NCBI GenBank assembly: GCA_965207075.1
Contig: CBDBLO010000002.1
Coordinates: 2,214-66,213, forward strand
DNA length: 64,000 nt
Reading direction: 5' to 3'
From: Nitrosopumilus sp.
Lineage (GTDB): Archaea > Thermoproteota > Nitrososphaeria > Nitrososphaerales > Nitrosopumilaceae
A program made the position numbers and the translations under genes. Shown piece by piece: positions 45,601 through 53,558 of this stretch (positions are counted from its first letter, which is position 1; every line of letters begins with the position of its first letter). Under the pieces are notes generated by a model. It did no database searches and was not told the DNA's origin. It saw only the letters and a program-made list of their open reading frames with translations.

Positions 45601-46680
45601 GAATCCGATGGCAAAGTTGCCGGGCGTGAACACGTCGTCCGCGCCGGCGACCAGGCCCACGTTGGGCACGCAGGCGCCATAGTCATCGACCACGAGGTAG
45701 TCGCGGCTCGCGTTATCTTCCTCCTGTATTCCAAAGTCCTTTGTCACCTGGCAGTCGATCACGTCGTTGCCCTGTGCGCCGCGGTTTATGCTTACGGTCT
45801 CGTCGATGCCGGCCTCCGAGCCAACTGCGTTGATCTCAGAGCTCGGGTTTCCGTCCTCGTCAAACACGTTGTAGTACGCCCCACCGTTCTGGGTGTCGAA
45901 CACCCACGTGTCCTCGTCTGTCGGGTCTATGTTCAGTGCATAGTCCATCAGCTCGATGTGCACGTGAGCGCCCTGCGGGTACTTGGTGCGGTCTAGCGAG
46001 TGGGATTCTGACGGGTCGTCAAACGTCAGGGTGACGGTCTGGCGATCGCCGCCCTTGTTGTAGACGATGTCGACGTCAGTCAGTGACGTAAAGTCGTATA
46101 CCTGGATGAAGGGCCAAAGGTTCGCGTTGGACAGTCCAAGCTGTCCCAGCGAGTTGCCGTCATAGTTGGTCAGGTCGCGCGGCTCCCTTATCAGGGGGTG
46201 GCCGTTGGCGCTGGTGTTGGAATCATTACAGTTGGAGCCGGGCGGCAGGTATACGCCGTTGCCGTCGCTGAGCGGAAGACCTGTCACCGCTGACGCGGCA
46301 GTCTCGCTACAGTATACACCGTAGGGGAGGCTTTCAGCTGCGCCCGCCAGCGCGTCCACCTCGGCAAAGTACGCCGTCCAGTAGCCGTTGGCAGTCTGCA
46401 GCATCCGGAGGTCCGCTCCGTTTACGGTAACTTCGGGCTCTGCTTCGCCCTCGTCCGTGTCTCCTATTGAGTCATCTCTTATGATTACTTCGATTATGTT
46501 TCCTTCGGCAAACATGTTGTCGGGGTCCTGTCCCTCTGCCGATACGTACAGGTTCGGGTTCGACGTGCTCACTTCTGCAAACACGGGGTCCGCGCCCGGT
46601 ACGGCAAAGGTCAGCCCCCCGGCGACCATGATTGCCATTAGCGTTATGCTAGTATATTTTCTGTAGATTTCGTTTTGCAT
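39664..46680 (-). CDS. Large thaumarchaeal-type S-layer protein, copy B (probably the expressed copy)
   Basis: 2338 aa; complete signal peptide MQNEIYRKYTS...; near-identical to copy A outside the central segment. Confidence 0.92.
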   Translation of the reverse strand: MQNEIYRKYTSITLMAIMVAGGLTFAVPGADPVFAEVSTSNPNLYVSAEGQDPDNMFAEGNIIEVIIRDDSIGDTDEGEAEPEVTVNGADLRMLQTANGYWTAYFAEVDALAGAAESLPYGVYCSETAASAVTGLPLSDGNGVYLPPGSNCNDSNTSANGHPLIREPRDLTNYDGNSLGQLGLSNANLWPFIQVYDFTSLTDVDIVYNKGGDRQTVTLTFDDPSESHSLDRTKYPQGAHVHIELMDYALNIDPTDEDTWVFDTQNGGAYYNVFDEDGNPSSEINAVGSEAGIDETVSINRGAQGNDVIDCQVTKDFGIQEEDNASRDYLVVDDYGACVPNVGLVAGADDVFTPGNFAIGFVEDGSNNNVFINWAEDQRSNIVVKKDALRGNSFEVDYSSPDAKSGVIGHFFAELALDVPDDTWNSGERIPITLTDEDANVNPLAEDNLEVANPYSLLVPSIRIGSPVTLASATGDVVWFDLADPLPPDTTDPVIRLTGPSEIRLNVGDTYTERGATCTDARDGNLTVSQTSAAPNTNVAGTYTLMYTCTDTAGNSASVTRVVTVDDPDRPDTDMPVITVNPGTDTITAGDTWTDAGASCTDARDGPLTVTTTGTVTNTAPGTYTITYACEDNAGNSATETRTVTVNARQATISLTVDPGQWDDGVIELDISGTTVNVADGTVTLTSDTIPNFGEYDVAVTSNVISGMIPFANVTVSGTHTFTATTSDGSISNSDTANIPPAISLTNVVPVDEWINPDTGDDYITLRVAGTESVSGAVALSVLDEDGELDTATLNQPVQFVNNQARINITNTAIQGPTQFVLTTTYAGVPVASNSWTAPMPVLLTLDDIIVNEWIAGATTGSLILNITGSKQAIVPNTDGGGAFTVHLVDTGAAVGTVSVSGFDDGVVNGTVTLGADDLALSGTTVQFVLVENSGGAATTFTSDPLSRDIPPILTNLQVVTTGSNAGQWNDGNFEVRVTGLSDGIAEDTEIDLQADIDDQWTTVVDGTTTGLRILSGGDIRATVSITDISLSGDTVFRLVTGTDQSNEYANDAASNNSTAVRIPHILTSLPTVTPIGDWTDAGALTINVKGTSGLGASGTSLQLQAVKANEFVDVGNAFDTALTGGNFDYNATLNDIAMSGITTTFKLAVTVGGNVAESGNRTVSIPAALTLADVSFGNAGWTNTTDTDHSLNLFVTGNSKLSTGATLAVSTNGETWIPLTPAASGTAGDISDAVVTLDDTELAGDTVQFRLQTGSDPAIAVSNSLSRVVPALPSGNSVDMVPTPISFSAQNGFPPITRAVINDISEIPAVHNVQASSPVAIYTWSDDDKTVEAFSDRLRLSEPSERNTITGNSKIVIYGWEPPTFADGVTTLFNWNFGSILSDSIAAGTIITEIRLANAAHTESVLLGDGESGLVDITAMKDDIEALGDTVDLVIMMDNTNIDHVCGDITLVADFFTFGQNDDDGRVNNAIYRIEVEEASSNSADFEGTVEYTMLNQLNIDDPATYTGLRTISDQVSIIVHEDFTDEDSVRVNYLDLGADGVSTQIAIQQAAPTHSAVVSFDAESYKVADTVTITLEDADLNVQNDVIDIYTFSSELTDYIGDDKAYILDVTFDDELWTSGECEGADGFASTGFTLQETAAGSGVFTGDFQIPEYYCQSSTTTMVSVTGVDIEVNYQDFRDASGEEIEVGAGAAVRANTGTVSLDRTVYPVPFAADVFEHTTGTLGQHDLTVHVTIDDPDFDISAAGEDVISNATEYLTVQVIRGSASQTIDLDDAQILETAPDSGAFELDLPLAYDAGPDGSILQGDILQVEYRDPTDASGEENTVTDSATFDLRNGVLQSDKSVYIIGSDMILTLIEPDLDLENDGAESYTLDLIEWDSDAATLGMDNPVFDPEPSELRETGDSTGIFQVIVEIPAEIDGDRLERGEEIELEYVDWGPSGADYVGDESEDVGLTVFTSNFGATIELDQKVYTWTDKVYITIVAPDHNFDSALVDEIGDSNLDPIQVSTRSADIDNYKLVETGPDTGIFTGEVILIGFDHNADGDTETGTEAGYDNPQRDTSPDGSGPTNGYLQTDDDDGITVSFEYSEDETVVGSALIRWNIGEVQWLESSYPASGTGVVRVIDPDMNWNPEAVNNFVVDVWSDADNGGIDLTVTETNEATGIFEGTVFFTITDESSGHRLRVAEGNTVTAEYEDNTLPDPYTTADELDITATTLIGTIVPPLERAPATNLRIVDAFGNSLDTVSADQQVQIVADLANGQDRSQAFAYLVQVQDANGVTVALSWISGTLEAGQSLSPSTSWIPSEAGTYTATAFVWESVDNPTALSPPVTTDITVS

Positions 46681-46709
46681 GTTATTGATGGCCTGTCAAA
46701 AAAATTTAC

Positions 46710-46715
46710 TTATAA
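46710..46715 (-). promoter_or_regulatory. TATA box of S-layer copy B
   Basis: TTATAA 30 bp upstream of ATG 46680. Confidence 0.75.
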
Positions 46716-47073
46716 GCGTGATGGACGATTGGTTCATGAGATAGGCACGGATTCACGGCTGCAGGTATGATGCTGCACGGTTGGTTTTATGTTTGTACCA
46801 ATATGGCGGCCGTCGGAGGGTCTGGGGGCGGTGGGACGGCCATATGCTGCCGTCCGGCGGCCGGCCGGACATCCATCAGCCACTCCAAGCATCCGCCCCG
46901 CGGACAGCCGACCTGCCACCGCGGGAAGAGCCGGGCACGTCACACTTGGACTTGCAGGTCTTGGCGGCTCCGCCCTTTGCGGGGGGAGGGGTGGACGTAC
47001 ATGCCGCGCCACGGCCCATGCATCTGCCTACCGCAAAAGGGGGGCACGGCGGGCGCCCGCAAAAAGCGTCGGA

Positions 47074-48411
47074 TCAGGGCGGCTGCACCGATCCCGGGTT
47101 GATCAGGAACGGGCTGACCAGCCTGTACCAGCTCTCACTTAGGCGCTCATACTCGGACTGGCACTGGCTGGCCCTCGCCTCCGTAAGAAAGCCGCGATTG
47201 ACAAAGTCCGAAAATGCATGCACGTCGCTTCCATACATCCAGCACGCTACGTTGTAGAACCTCTGGGAAGCCAGCGAGTGGGGGCCTGCAAGCTGCCCTT
47301 CGGTCGGGAATATGTCGCTTTGGCCCAGGGACCACGCGCGCAGGGTCGAGAAAAGAATGTTGCCGGCCTGATCAGGCGGGATGTATTCCAGCGCGATTAC
47401 CGTGGCAAACTGATCTACTGCGTCCTCCTCGTTTCCCGTAACCGGCAGGTCGTATACGTCGATCAGGGCGTGCCCCAGCTCGTGCAGCATGATCCACGTA
47501 ACGAAGCCGTTGACCCCATGGGACAGTTCCGCACTCGTGCCGTAGTACGGCGCCAACCGCCCTTCAAGAAACGTGACTAGTTCGTAGCAGACGACTATGC
47601 GCTTGTAGTCCGGATAATAAAACGCGTTGGGCTCGTCGCATTCGTCCATTGTGAGATAGACGTCGTAGGGCAGGGCAAGCGTCTGGCTCAGGCGCCCCGT
47701 GAAGTTCTCGAGAAACAGCCGGTCCTGATAATATGACTTCGGCGCCAGGTTGTGCTGGCTCGCTGCGGCGTAATAGATCGGGACAAAGTCGCCCGAATCG
47801 GTGACTGGCACCACGATCTGCCCGCCCAGGGTGCCCTTCAGGTCCACGATCTCCGCCTCCAGCGCCGTTATTTTCAGTGAGAGGCCCTCTATGATATTTC
47901 TCAGGTTGTCGATGACGCTGGCCAGCAGGGCGATACTCGACGGCGGGACCGGTGTCGTTGGCGGCTGCGGGACCGGTGTCGTTGGCGTATCTGGCTGCCC
48001 CGTCTGGGACCTGGTCGAGACCGTGACAATCTGCGAGACCCCCGAGTTCCCGGCGCCGTTGAAGGCCAGCACGGCGAACTGGTACGTGGTGCCCGGCTCA
48101 AGGCCGCGTACTGTGTAAAAGGTGCCGGCGCTGCCGGTGTCGGAGACCAGCACGGTGAGTATGGACTCGGTCGCGACTGCCCTGGAGAGTATCTTGTAAC
48201 CGGTTATGGTGCGGTCGCCGGGGTTGTCCCAGGTCAGCGTGACTGTACTTGAGGTGGACGAGGCTGCAAGGTTTGAGGGGGGGCGCGGGACTTCGCCCGA
48301 ACTCTGGGCGTATGCCGGAATTGCCAGAGCGGCGCCCGCAACGGCGCATAATGTCACTACTGCCGCCGCCACCACTATGACTTTTTGCGCTGCACGCAAC
48401 GCGCTTGTCAC
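47074..48411 (-). CDS. Secreted FN3 plus coiled coil plus DUF4344-like zinc metallopeptidase
   Basis: Signal peptide; FN3 (PSNL...VTLTW...GY.I...GLEPGTTYQF.V.A); HELGH...NEEDAVD zincin motif. Confidence 0.85.
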   Translation of the reverse strand: MTSALRAAQKVIVVAAAVVTLCAVAGAALAIPAYAQSSGEVPRPPSNLAASSTSSTVTLTWDNPGDRTITGYKILSRAVATESILTVLVSDTGSAGTFYTVRGLEPGTTYQFAVLAFNGAGNSGVSQIVTVSTRSQTGQPDTPTTPVPQPPTTPVPPSSIALLASVIDNLRNIIEGLSLKITALEAEIVDLKGTLGGQIVVPVTDSGDFVPIYYAAASQHNLAPKSYYQDRLFLENFTGRLSQTLALPYDVYLTMDECDEPNAFYYPDYKRIVVCYELVTFLEGRLAPYYGTSAELSHGVNGFVTWIMLHELGHALIDVYDLPVTGNEEDAVDQFATVIALEYIPPDQAGNILFSTLRAWSLGQSDIFPTEGQLAGPHSLASQRFYNVACWMYGSDVHAFSDFVNRGFLTEARASQCQSEYERLSESWYRLVSPFLINPGSVQPP

Positions 48412-48432
48412 TCAATTATTGATATAAAAAGA

Positions 48433-48745
48433 TATAGTGCCGATCCAGGGTTTGCGCGCGTTCCGAAGTCTTGCTGTCGAGGTACTTGTGTGCGTAAAGG
48501 CCAAATCGTATTGTTCCAAGGTACGTTGATACTGCCCTGCGCATGTTGTCAAAAGCCTCGTAATATTCTGAATTTAACAGGTAGTTTTTCCTCCGAGCCA
48601 GAATTGCTCCGAGGCGTCGAGGTACTGCGGTGCCTTGGGCAGGCAGGCGAACCCGACGTTTTTGTTTTTGCCGAATGCCTTCCTCGCCAGCTTCGAGCGG
48701 TACGTTGCGAATCCCGGTTCGGGAGTGCCCCATCACGCCTGCCGT
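48433..48745 (-). pseudogene. 3' remnant of a second IS630-family transposase, with right end
   Basis: Two frames give ATYRSKLARKAFGKNKNVGFACLPKAPQYLDASEQFW / NYLLNSEYYEAFDNMRRAVSTYL, matching the C-terminus of 38286..39284 (QHKHREVKKYL...YLPTATPKLSAVESVW...VTSEHY...HAVSEYF). Confidence 0.75.
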
Positions 48746-48814
48746 GCCCGCAGAGTCACACGCTACGGGCTTGCCACCGATCTCGCCGGCATTGCAGGCG
48801 CCTGATGCGGCTGC

Positions 48815-48939
48815 GTCATCTGCACCGTGTGCACGGCCGGTATCTCCGGGATGTCGTTGGTTACCGTTTTGGTTGTGGGCGGGAACCCGTCACGCGTGGA
48901 GAGGGATGCCGGCGTCGGTGTCATGTCGGCGCTGCGGCC
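48815..48939 (-). pseudogene. Degenerate start of the S-layer constant C-terminal region after a TAG
   Basis: GRSADMTPTPASLSTRDGFPPTTKTVTNDIPEIPAVHTVQ vs GNSVDMVPTPISFSAQNGFPPITRAVINDISEIPAVHNVQ in copy B. Confidence 0.8.
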
Positions 48940-51900
48940 CTATGGCAGTGCCGGAACGACCCTTGATACGGGTGCCGATACTGCCGTGTTTGCGCCAGAA
49001 TCTGCGTCCAGCCTGAACTGGACGGATTTGCCTGCCAGCGTCGTGTCGGTTAGAGCTACCACCGCGTCAGATATGTCACCCGCTGCGGTGCTTGCAGGGC
49101 CAACGTCGGTCCATGTCTCGCCGTCGTTGGAAGACACCTGGAGCATTGCGCCTGCAGCCAATTTACCGTTGCCTGTTACAAACAGGTTGAGCCTATGATT
49201 ATCAGCAGTCGTGTTGGTCCAGCCTGCGTTGCCGAAACTCACGTCTGTCAGGGTCAGCGCCGCAGGTATGCTTACGGTCCTGTTACCCGACTCTGCCACA
49301 GTACTGCCGGTAGTCTCAGTGGCTACCAGTTTGAACGCGGTCGTTGTTCCGGACAGCGAGACGTCGCTCAGGATTGCACTGTAGTCGATGTTGCCGCCTG
49401 CAAGGGCGCCGGTAAAGGCGCCACCCACGTCATCAAACGCATTATCTTTCACCGCCTGCAGTTGCAGAGACGTGCCCGAAGCGCCCAGACCGGAGGCTCC
49501 CCTTACGTTTATCGCAAGTTCGCCACCGGCCGTCCAGTCACCGACTGGCGTGACGGTCGGCAGGGATGCGAGTACGTGCGGGATGCGCAGGGCCGTCGAG
49601 TTGGATGATGCGGCGTCGTTGGCGTAGTCATTGCCTCTGTCGGTGCCAGTCACCAGCCTGAACACGGTATGTCCGTACAGGGATATGTCCGTTATGGATA
49701 CCGTGGCGCGTATGTCGCCGCCAGACAGTATCCGCAGTCCCGTAGCTGAGTATGGCACGACCGTCTCCCAGCCATCGCCGTCGTTTGCCTGCAGGTCAAT
49801 CTCGGTAGCCTCGGAAATACCGCTGCTGAGTCCCGTCACCCTTACCTCAAAGTTCCCGCCGTTCCACTGGCCCGCATTGCTGCCGGCTGTGGCAACTTGC
49901 AGGTTGGCCAGTATCGGGGGGATAGGTCTGGACAGGGGGTTTGATGTGAAGATCGTACCCGGTGCCCCGGTGTCTTCCACCAGTACGAACTGTACGGTGG
50001 TGCCGGATAATGAGAGGTCGTCGGAGCCAAGCGTTACCGTGCCGTTTACCACACCATCACTGTAACCAGAAACGGTACCTACGGTTGTATCAGTGCCAAG
50101 TATGTTGACGTCGATGCTGTCGTCGATAGCCGGCACGATTGCCTGCCTGCTGCCCGTTATCTCCAGTGCAAGATTACCCCCGCCGTCCCACTCACCTACG
50201 GTGACGCCGTCCAGGGTGAGCAGCACGGGCATGCTAGCAGTCCAGCTGTTTGAAGCTGCAGTTACGCCAGCATAGGTGGTCGTCAGGACAAACTGGGTTG
50301 ATCCCTGTATGGCAGTATTCGTTATGTTGATACGCGCCTGGTTGTTGGCATCAAACTGTACAACTACGTTAAGCGCGGCAGTATCCAGCTCGCCGTCCTC
50401 GTCGAGTACCGACAAGGTAACGGCGCCAGACACGGACTCCGTACCTGCGACCCGTAGCGTAATGTAATCGTTAGTAGAGGCAGGGTCGTTATCAGTGTCA
50501 GCATCGATCCATGAGCCTATGGGGATCACGCTGGCAAGGAAGATGGCCGGCGGTATGTTTGCCGTGTCGCTGCCCGTGGTTGCACCGTCAGAAGACGTCG
50601 CCGTAAACGTGTGGGTGCCGGACACCGTAACGTTGGCAAAGGGTATCGTCCCGGATATCACGTTGTCGGTTACTGGAACGCCGTACTCGCCAAAGTTGGG
50701 AATGGTGTCTGACGTCACTGTGACGTCGCCGTCGGTGACGTTGACCGTGGTTCCGCTTATCGCCAGCTCGAGAACTCCGTTATCCCAGTCGCCTGGAACG
50801 ACGTTTAGCGATATCGTAGCCTGTCTGGCATTTACGGTTACGGTCCTGGTCTCGGTTGCGGAGTTTCCTGCATTGTCCTCACAGGCGTACGTTATGGTGT
50901 AGGTGCCCGCCCTGGTGTTGTCGACGATGCCAGTCGTGGTCACGGGCAGTGTCCCGTCCCTGGCGTCGACACAGGTGGCTCCCGCGTCGGTCCACTGGCC
51001 GCCGGCAGTTATGGTGTCGGTGCCCGGGTTCACGGTAATCACTGGGTCGTCAGTATCAGGTGCGGCAGGATCGCCGACAGTTACGACCCTGGTAGCGGTC
51101 GCCGTGTTTCCGGCAGCGTCAGTACAAGAGTACTCCAGCGTGTACGTGCCTGCCCGAGTAGTGTCAGGATCAGCCGACGTCTGGACTACCTCAAGGGTGC
51201 CGTCCTCCGCGTCAGTACACGTGGCGCCGGCCTCCGTATAGGGGTCGCCCACGTTCAGCCCGACCTCTGGAGCCCCGTTGAGTCTGATCACCGGATCACC
51301 CTTGATCAGGAACTGGCCGGCCAGCCTGTACCAGCTCTCACTCATGCGCTCATACTCGGACGGGCACTGGCCGGCCCTCGCCTCCGTAAGAAGGCCGCTG
51401 TCGACAAAGTTCGAAAATGCATGCACGTCGCTTCCATATATCCAGCACGCTACCTTGTGTAGCCTATGGGAAGCCAGCGGGTCGGAGCCTACAAGATGCG
51501 GTTCAGGAAGGGATACGTCGTTTTGGCCCAGGGACCACGCGCGCAGAGTCGAGGAAAGAACGTTGCCGGCCTGATCAGGCGGGATGTATTCCAGTGCGAT
51601 TACCGTGGCAAACTGATCCACCGCGTCCTCCTCGTTTCCCGTAACCGGCAGGTCATACACGTCAATCAGGGCACGTCCCAGCTCGGACAGCATGACCCAC
51701 GTAACGAAATCGCTGACGCCCCGGGACAGTTCCGCATTCGTACCGTAGTACGGCGCCAGCCGCCCTTCAAGGAACGTGACGAATTCGTAGCAGAGGACTA
51801 TGCGCGCGTAATACGGATAATAAACCGCCTCGGGTTCGCCGCATTCATCCATTGTGAGATAGACGTCGTAGGGCAGGGCAAGCGTCTGGGTCAGGCGCCC

Positions 51901-52560
51901 CGTGAGATTCTCAAGAAACAACTGATCCTCATAATATGATTTCTGCGCCAGGTTGTGCTGGCTCGTCGCGGCGTAATAAACCGGGACAAAGTCGCCCGAG
52001 TCGGTGACTGGCGCCACGATCCGCCCGCCCAGAGTCCCCCTCAGATCCACGATTTCTGCCTCCAACGCCGTTATTTTCAGCGAGAGGCCCTCTATGATAC
52101 CTGTCAGACTCTCGATGATGCTGGCCAGTGCAGTGGCATCAGACGGCGGGGCTGTCTGGGCCTTGGGCGAGACCGTGACAATCTGCGAGGGTACCGAATT
52201 CCCGGCGTTATTGACGGCCAGCACGGCGAACTGGTACGTGGTGCCCGGCTCAAGGCCGCTTACGGTGTAGGAGGTGCCGGCGCGGCCGGTGTCGGAGACC
52301 AGTACGGTGAGTATGGACTCGGTCGCGGTGTTCCTGGAGAGTATCTTGTACCCGGTTATGGTGCTGTCGCCGGGGTTATCCCAGGTCAGCGTGACGGTGC
52401 TTGAGGTGGACGTGGCCGCAAGGTTTGAGGGGCGCGCGGGGTTTTCCAAACTTTGGGCATGCGCCGGGATTGCCAAGGCGGCGCCCGCAACGGCGCAGAA
52501 TGCCACTGCCACCACCGCCGCCACCATGACCTTCCGCGCTGCACGCAACGCGCTTGTCAC
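48940..52560 (-). CDS. Chimeric secreted protein: FN3 plus inactive DUF4344-like domain plus S-layer Ig repeats and variable segment (cassette C)
   Basis: First ~420 aa parallel 47074..48411 (HELGH becomes SELGR); from DPVIRL (~51297) onward collinear with the S-layer central region. Confidence 0.85.
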   Translation of the reverse strand: MTSALRAARKVMVAAVVAVAFCAVAGAALAIPAHAQSLENPARPSNLAATSTSSTVTLTWDNPGDSTITGYKILSRNTATESILTVLVSDTGRAGTSYTVSGLEPGTTYQFAVLAVNNAGNSVPSQIVTVSPKAQTAPPSDATALASIIESLTGIIEGLSLKITALEAEIVDLRGTLGGRIVAPVTDSGDFVPVYYAATSQHNLAQKSYYEDQLFLENLTGRLTQTLALPYDVYLTMDECGEPEAVYYPYYARIVLCYEFVTFLEGRLAPYYGTNAELSRGVSDFVTWVMLSELGRALIDVYDLPVTGNEEDAVDQFATVIALEYIPPDQAGNVLSSTLRAWSLGQNDVSLPEPHLVGSDPLASHRLHKVACWIYGSDVHAFSNFVDSGLLTEARAGQCPSEYERMSESWYRLAGQFLIKGDPVIRLNGAPEVGLNVGDPYTEAGATCTDAEDGTLEVVQTSADPDTTRAGTYTLEYSCTDAAGNTATATRVVTVGDPAAPDTDDPVITVNPGTDTITAGGQWTDAGATCVDARDGTLPVTTTGIVDNTRAGTYTITYACEDNAGNSATETRTVTVNARQATISLNVVPGDWDNGVLELAISGTTVNVTDGDVTVTSDTIPNFGEYGVPVTDNVISGTIPFANVTVSGTHTFTATSSDGATTGSDTANIPPAIFLASVIPIGSWIDADTDNDPASTNDYITLRVAGTESVSGAVTLSVLDEDGELDTAALNVVVQFDANNQARINITNTAIQGSTQFVLTTTYAGVTAASNSWTASMPVLLTLDGVTVGEWDGGGNLALEITGSRQAIVPAIDDSIDVNILGTDTTVGTVSGYSDGVVNGTVTLGSDDLSLSGTTVQFVLVEDTGAPGTIFTSNPLSRPIPPILANLQVATAGSNAGQWNGGNFEVRVTGLSSGISEATEIDLQANDGDGWETVVPYSATGLRILSGGDIRATVSITDISLYGHTVFRLVTGTDRGNDYANDAASSNSTALRIPHVLASLPTVTPVGDWTAGGELAINVRGASGLGASGTSLQLQAVKDNAFDDVGGAFTGALAGGNIDYSAILSDVSLSGTTTAFKLVATETTGSTVAESGNRTVSIPAALTLTDVSFGNAGWTNTTADNHRLNLFVTGNGKLAAGAMLQVSSNDGETWTDVGPASTAAGDISDAVVALTDTTLAGKSVQFRLDADSGANTAVSAPVSRVVPALP

Positions 52561-52975
52561 TCAGTTATTGATATAAAAACATACATCGGCAGACCGGCGC
52601 CGGATTCGGATCCGCGGGACGTCGCGCCGATTTACGCGCCGGCCTCAGCTGGCAGATCATTTTTGCGCGCGCTCCAACCTTGCTCAAGATCTTTGGCCTG
52701 ATTGGAGATGCTTCGGGCCTTGGGGGCTCACGTCCGGTACGAGCCGCCGTGGCCCGTCTGCATCCGGCTCCTCGCTGCCGGCCCGCCATGCGGGCGGCCG
52801 TCACGGGTCCGACATGGCGCGATACCGTCGTGCGGGATCTGGAAGGCGGCACAAATCCTCCGATCCTGCGCGTTGCGCCGCACCGCACGCGCGGCCGGGT
52901 CTGCCGCGATCAGGACGCGTCTGCGAAGGACCCAAGATCGCGCAGCATAATAACAAAGACGCGCATAACGAGGGC

Positions 52976-53362
52976 ATGAACCGCCGCGCCGACATAACCG
53001 TCTCCGGACTGGTGCAGGGCGTGGGCTTCCGACACATGGCAAGGGGCGCGGCCCGCCAATGCCTGCTCAGGGGCGAGGTCGAGAACCTGGAGGACGAGAC
53101 CGTGCGCATAACCTGCGAGGGCGATGAGGGGGACATCGAAAGGTTTGTCGAGGCGGTGCGCAGCGCAGAAAAGCCAATCGGGGTCGACGACGTCCAGGTA
53201 GAGTATTCCGAGCCCACGGGCAGGTTCAAGAACTTTAGGATAATAATCGGGGATCAGCTCACGGGGATGTCAGAGGGGATCGGCGTGAGCGCAGCATACC
53301 TTCGCATGGCGCTCGACAAGTGGGACCTTGCGCGGGACAGGCAGGACGGCGTAATCGGCTAG
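52976..53362 (+). CDS. acyP: Acylphosphatase with C-terminal extension
   Basis: VSGLVQGVGFR...GEVENLED.TV.I..EG signature. Confidence 0.88.
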   Translation: MNRRADITVSGLVQGVGFRHMARGAARQCLLRGEVENLEDETVRITCEGDEGDIERFVEAVRSAEKPIGVDDVQVEYSEPTGRFKNFRIIIGDQLTGMSEGIGVSAAYLRMALDKWDLARDRQDGVIG

Positions 53363-53558
53363 GTACGCTCCCCCCCCCCCACCTGCATGCACGGCACGAT
53401 GGTGCGCGGTTCCGGCGGCTGGAAGGCGGGATGGCAGGGACGGAGGCAGGATCCATAGGTGTCGCGCGGCGCGCCCCGCGCGGCGCGTTTGGCGGCCGCG
53501 CCTGCGGCATGGCAAACGGCCCACAATGTTTTAGAGCGCCGCGCCGTACAGGCGCGCG

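Noticed and set aside
30860-46670. Inverted S-layer duplication as a pure assembly artefact
   Set aside because: The copies have distinct central segments, distinct upstream regions, a synonymous-difference patch and a unique spacer; the identical arms could still be consensus-collapsed, so long reads are needed
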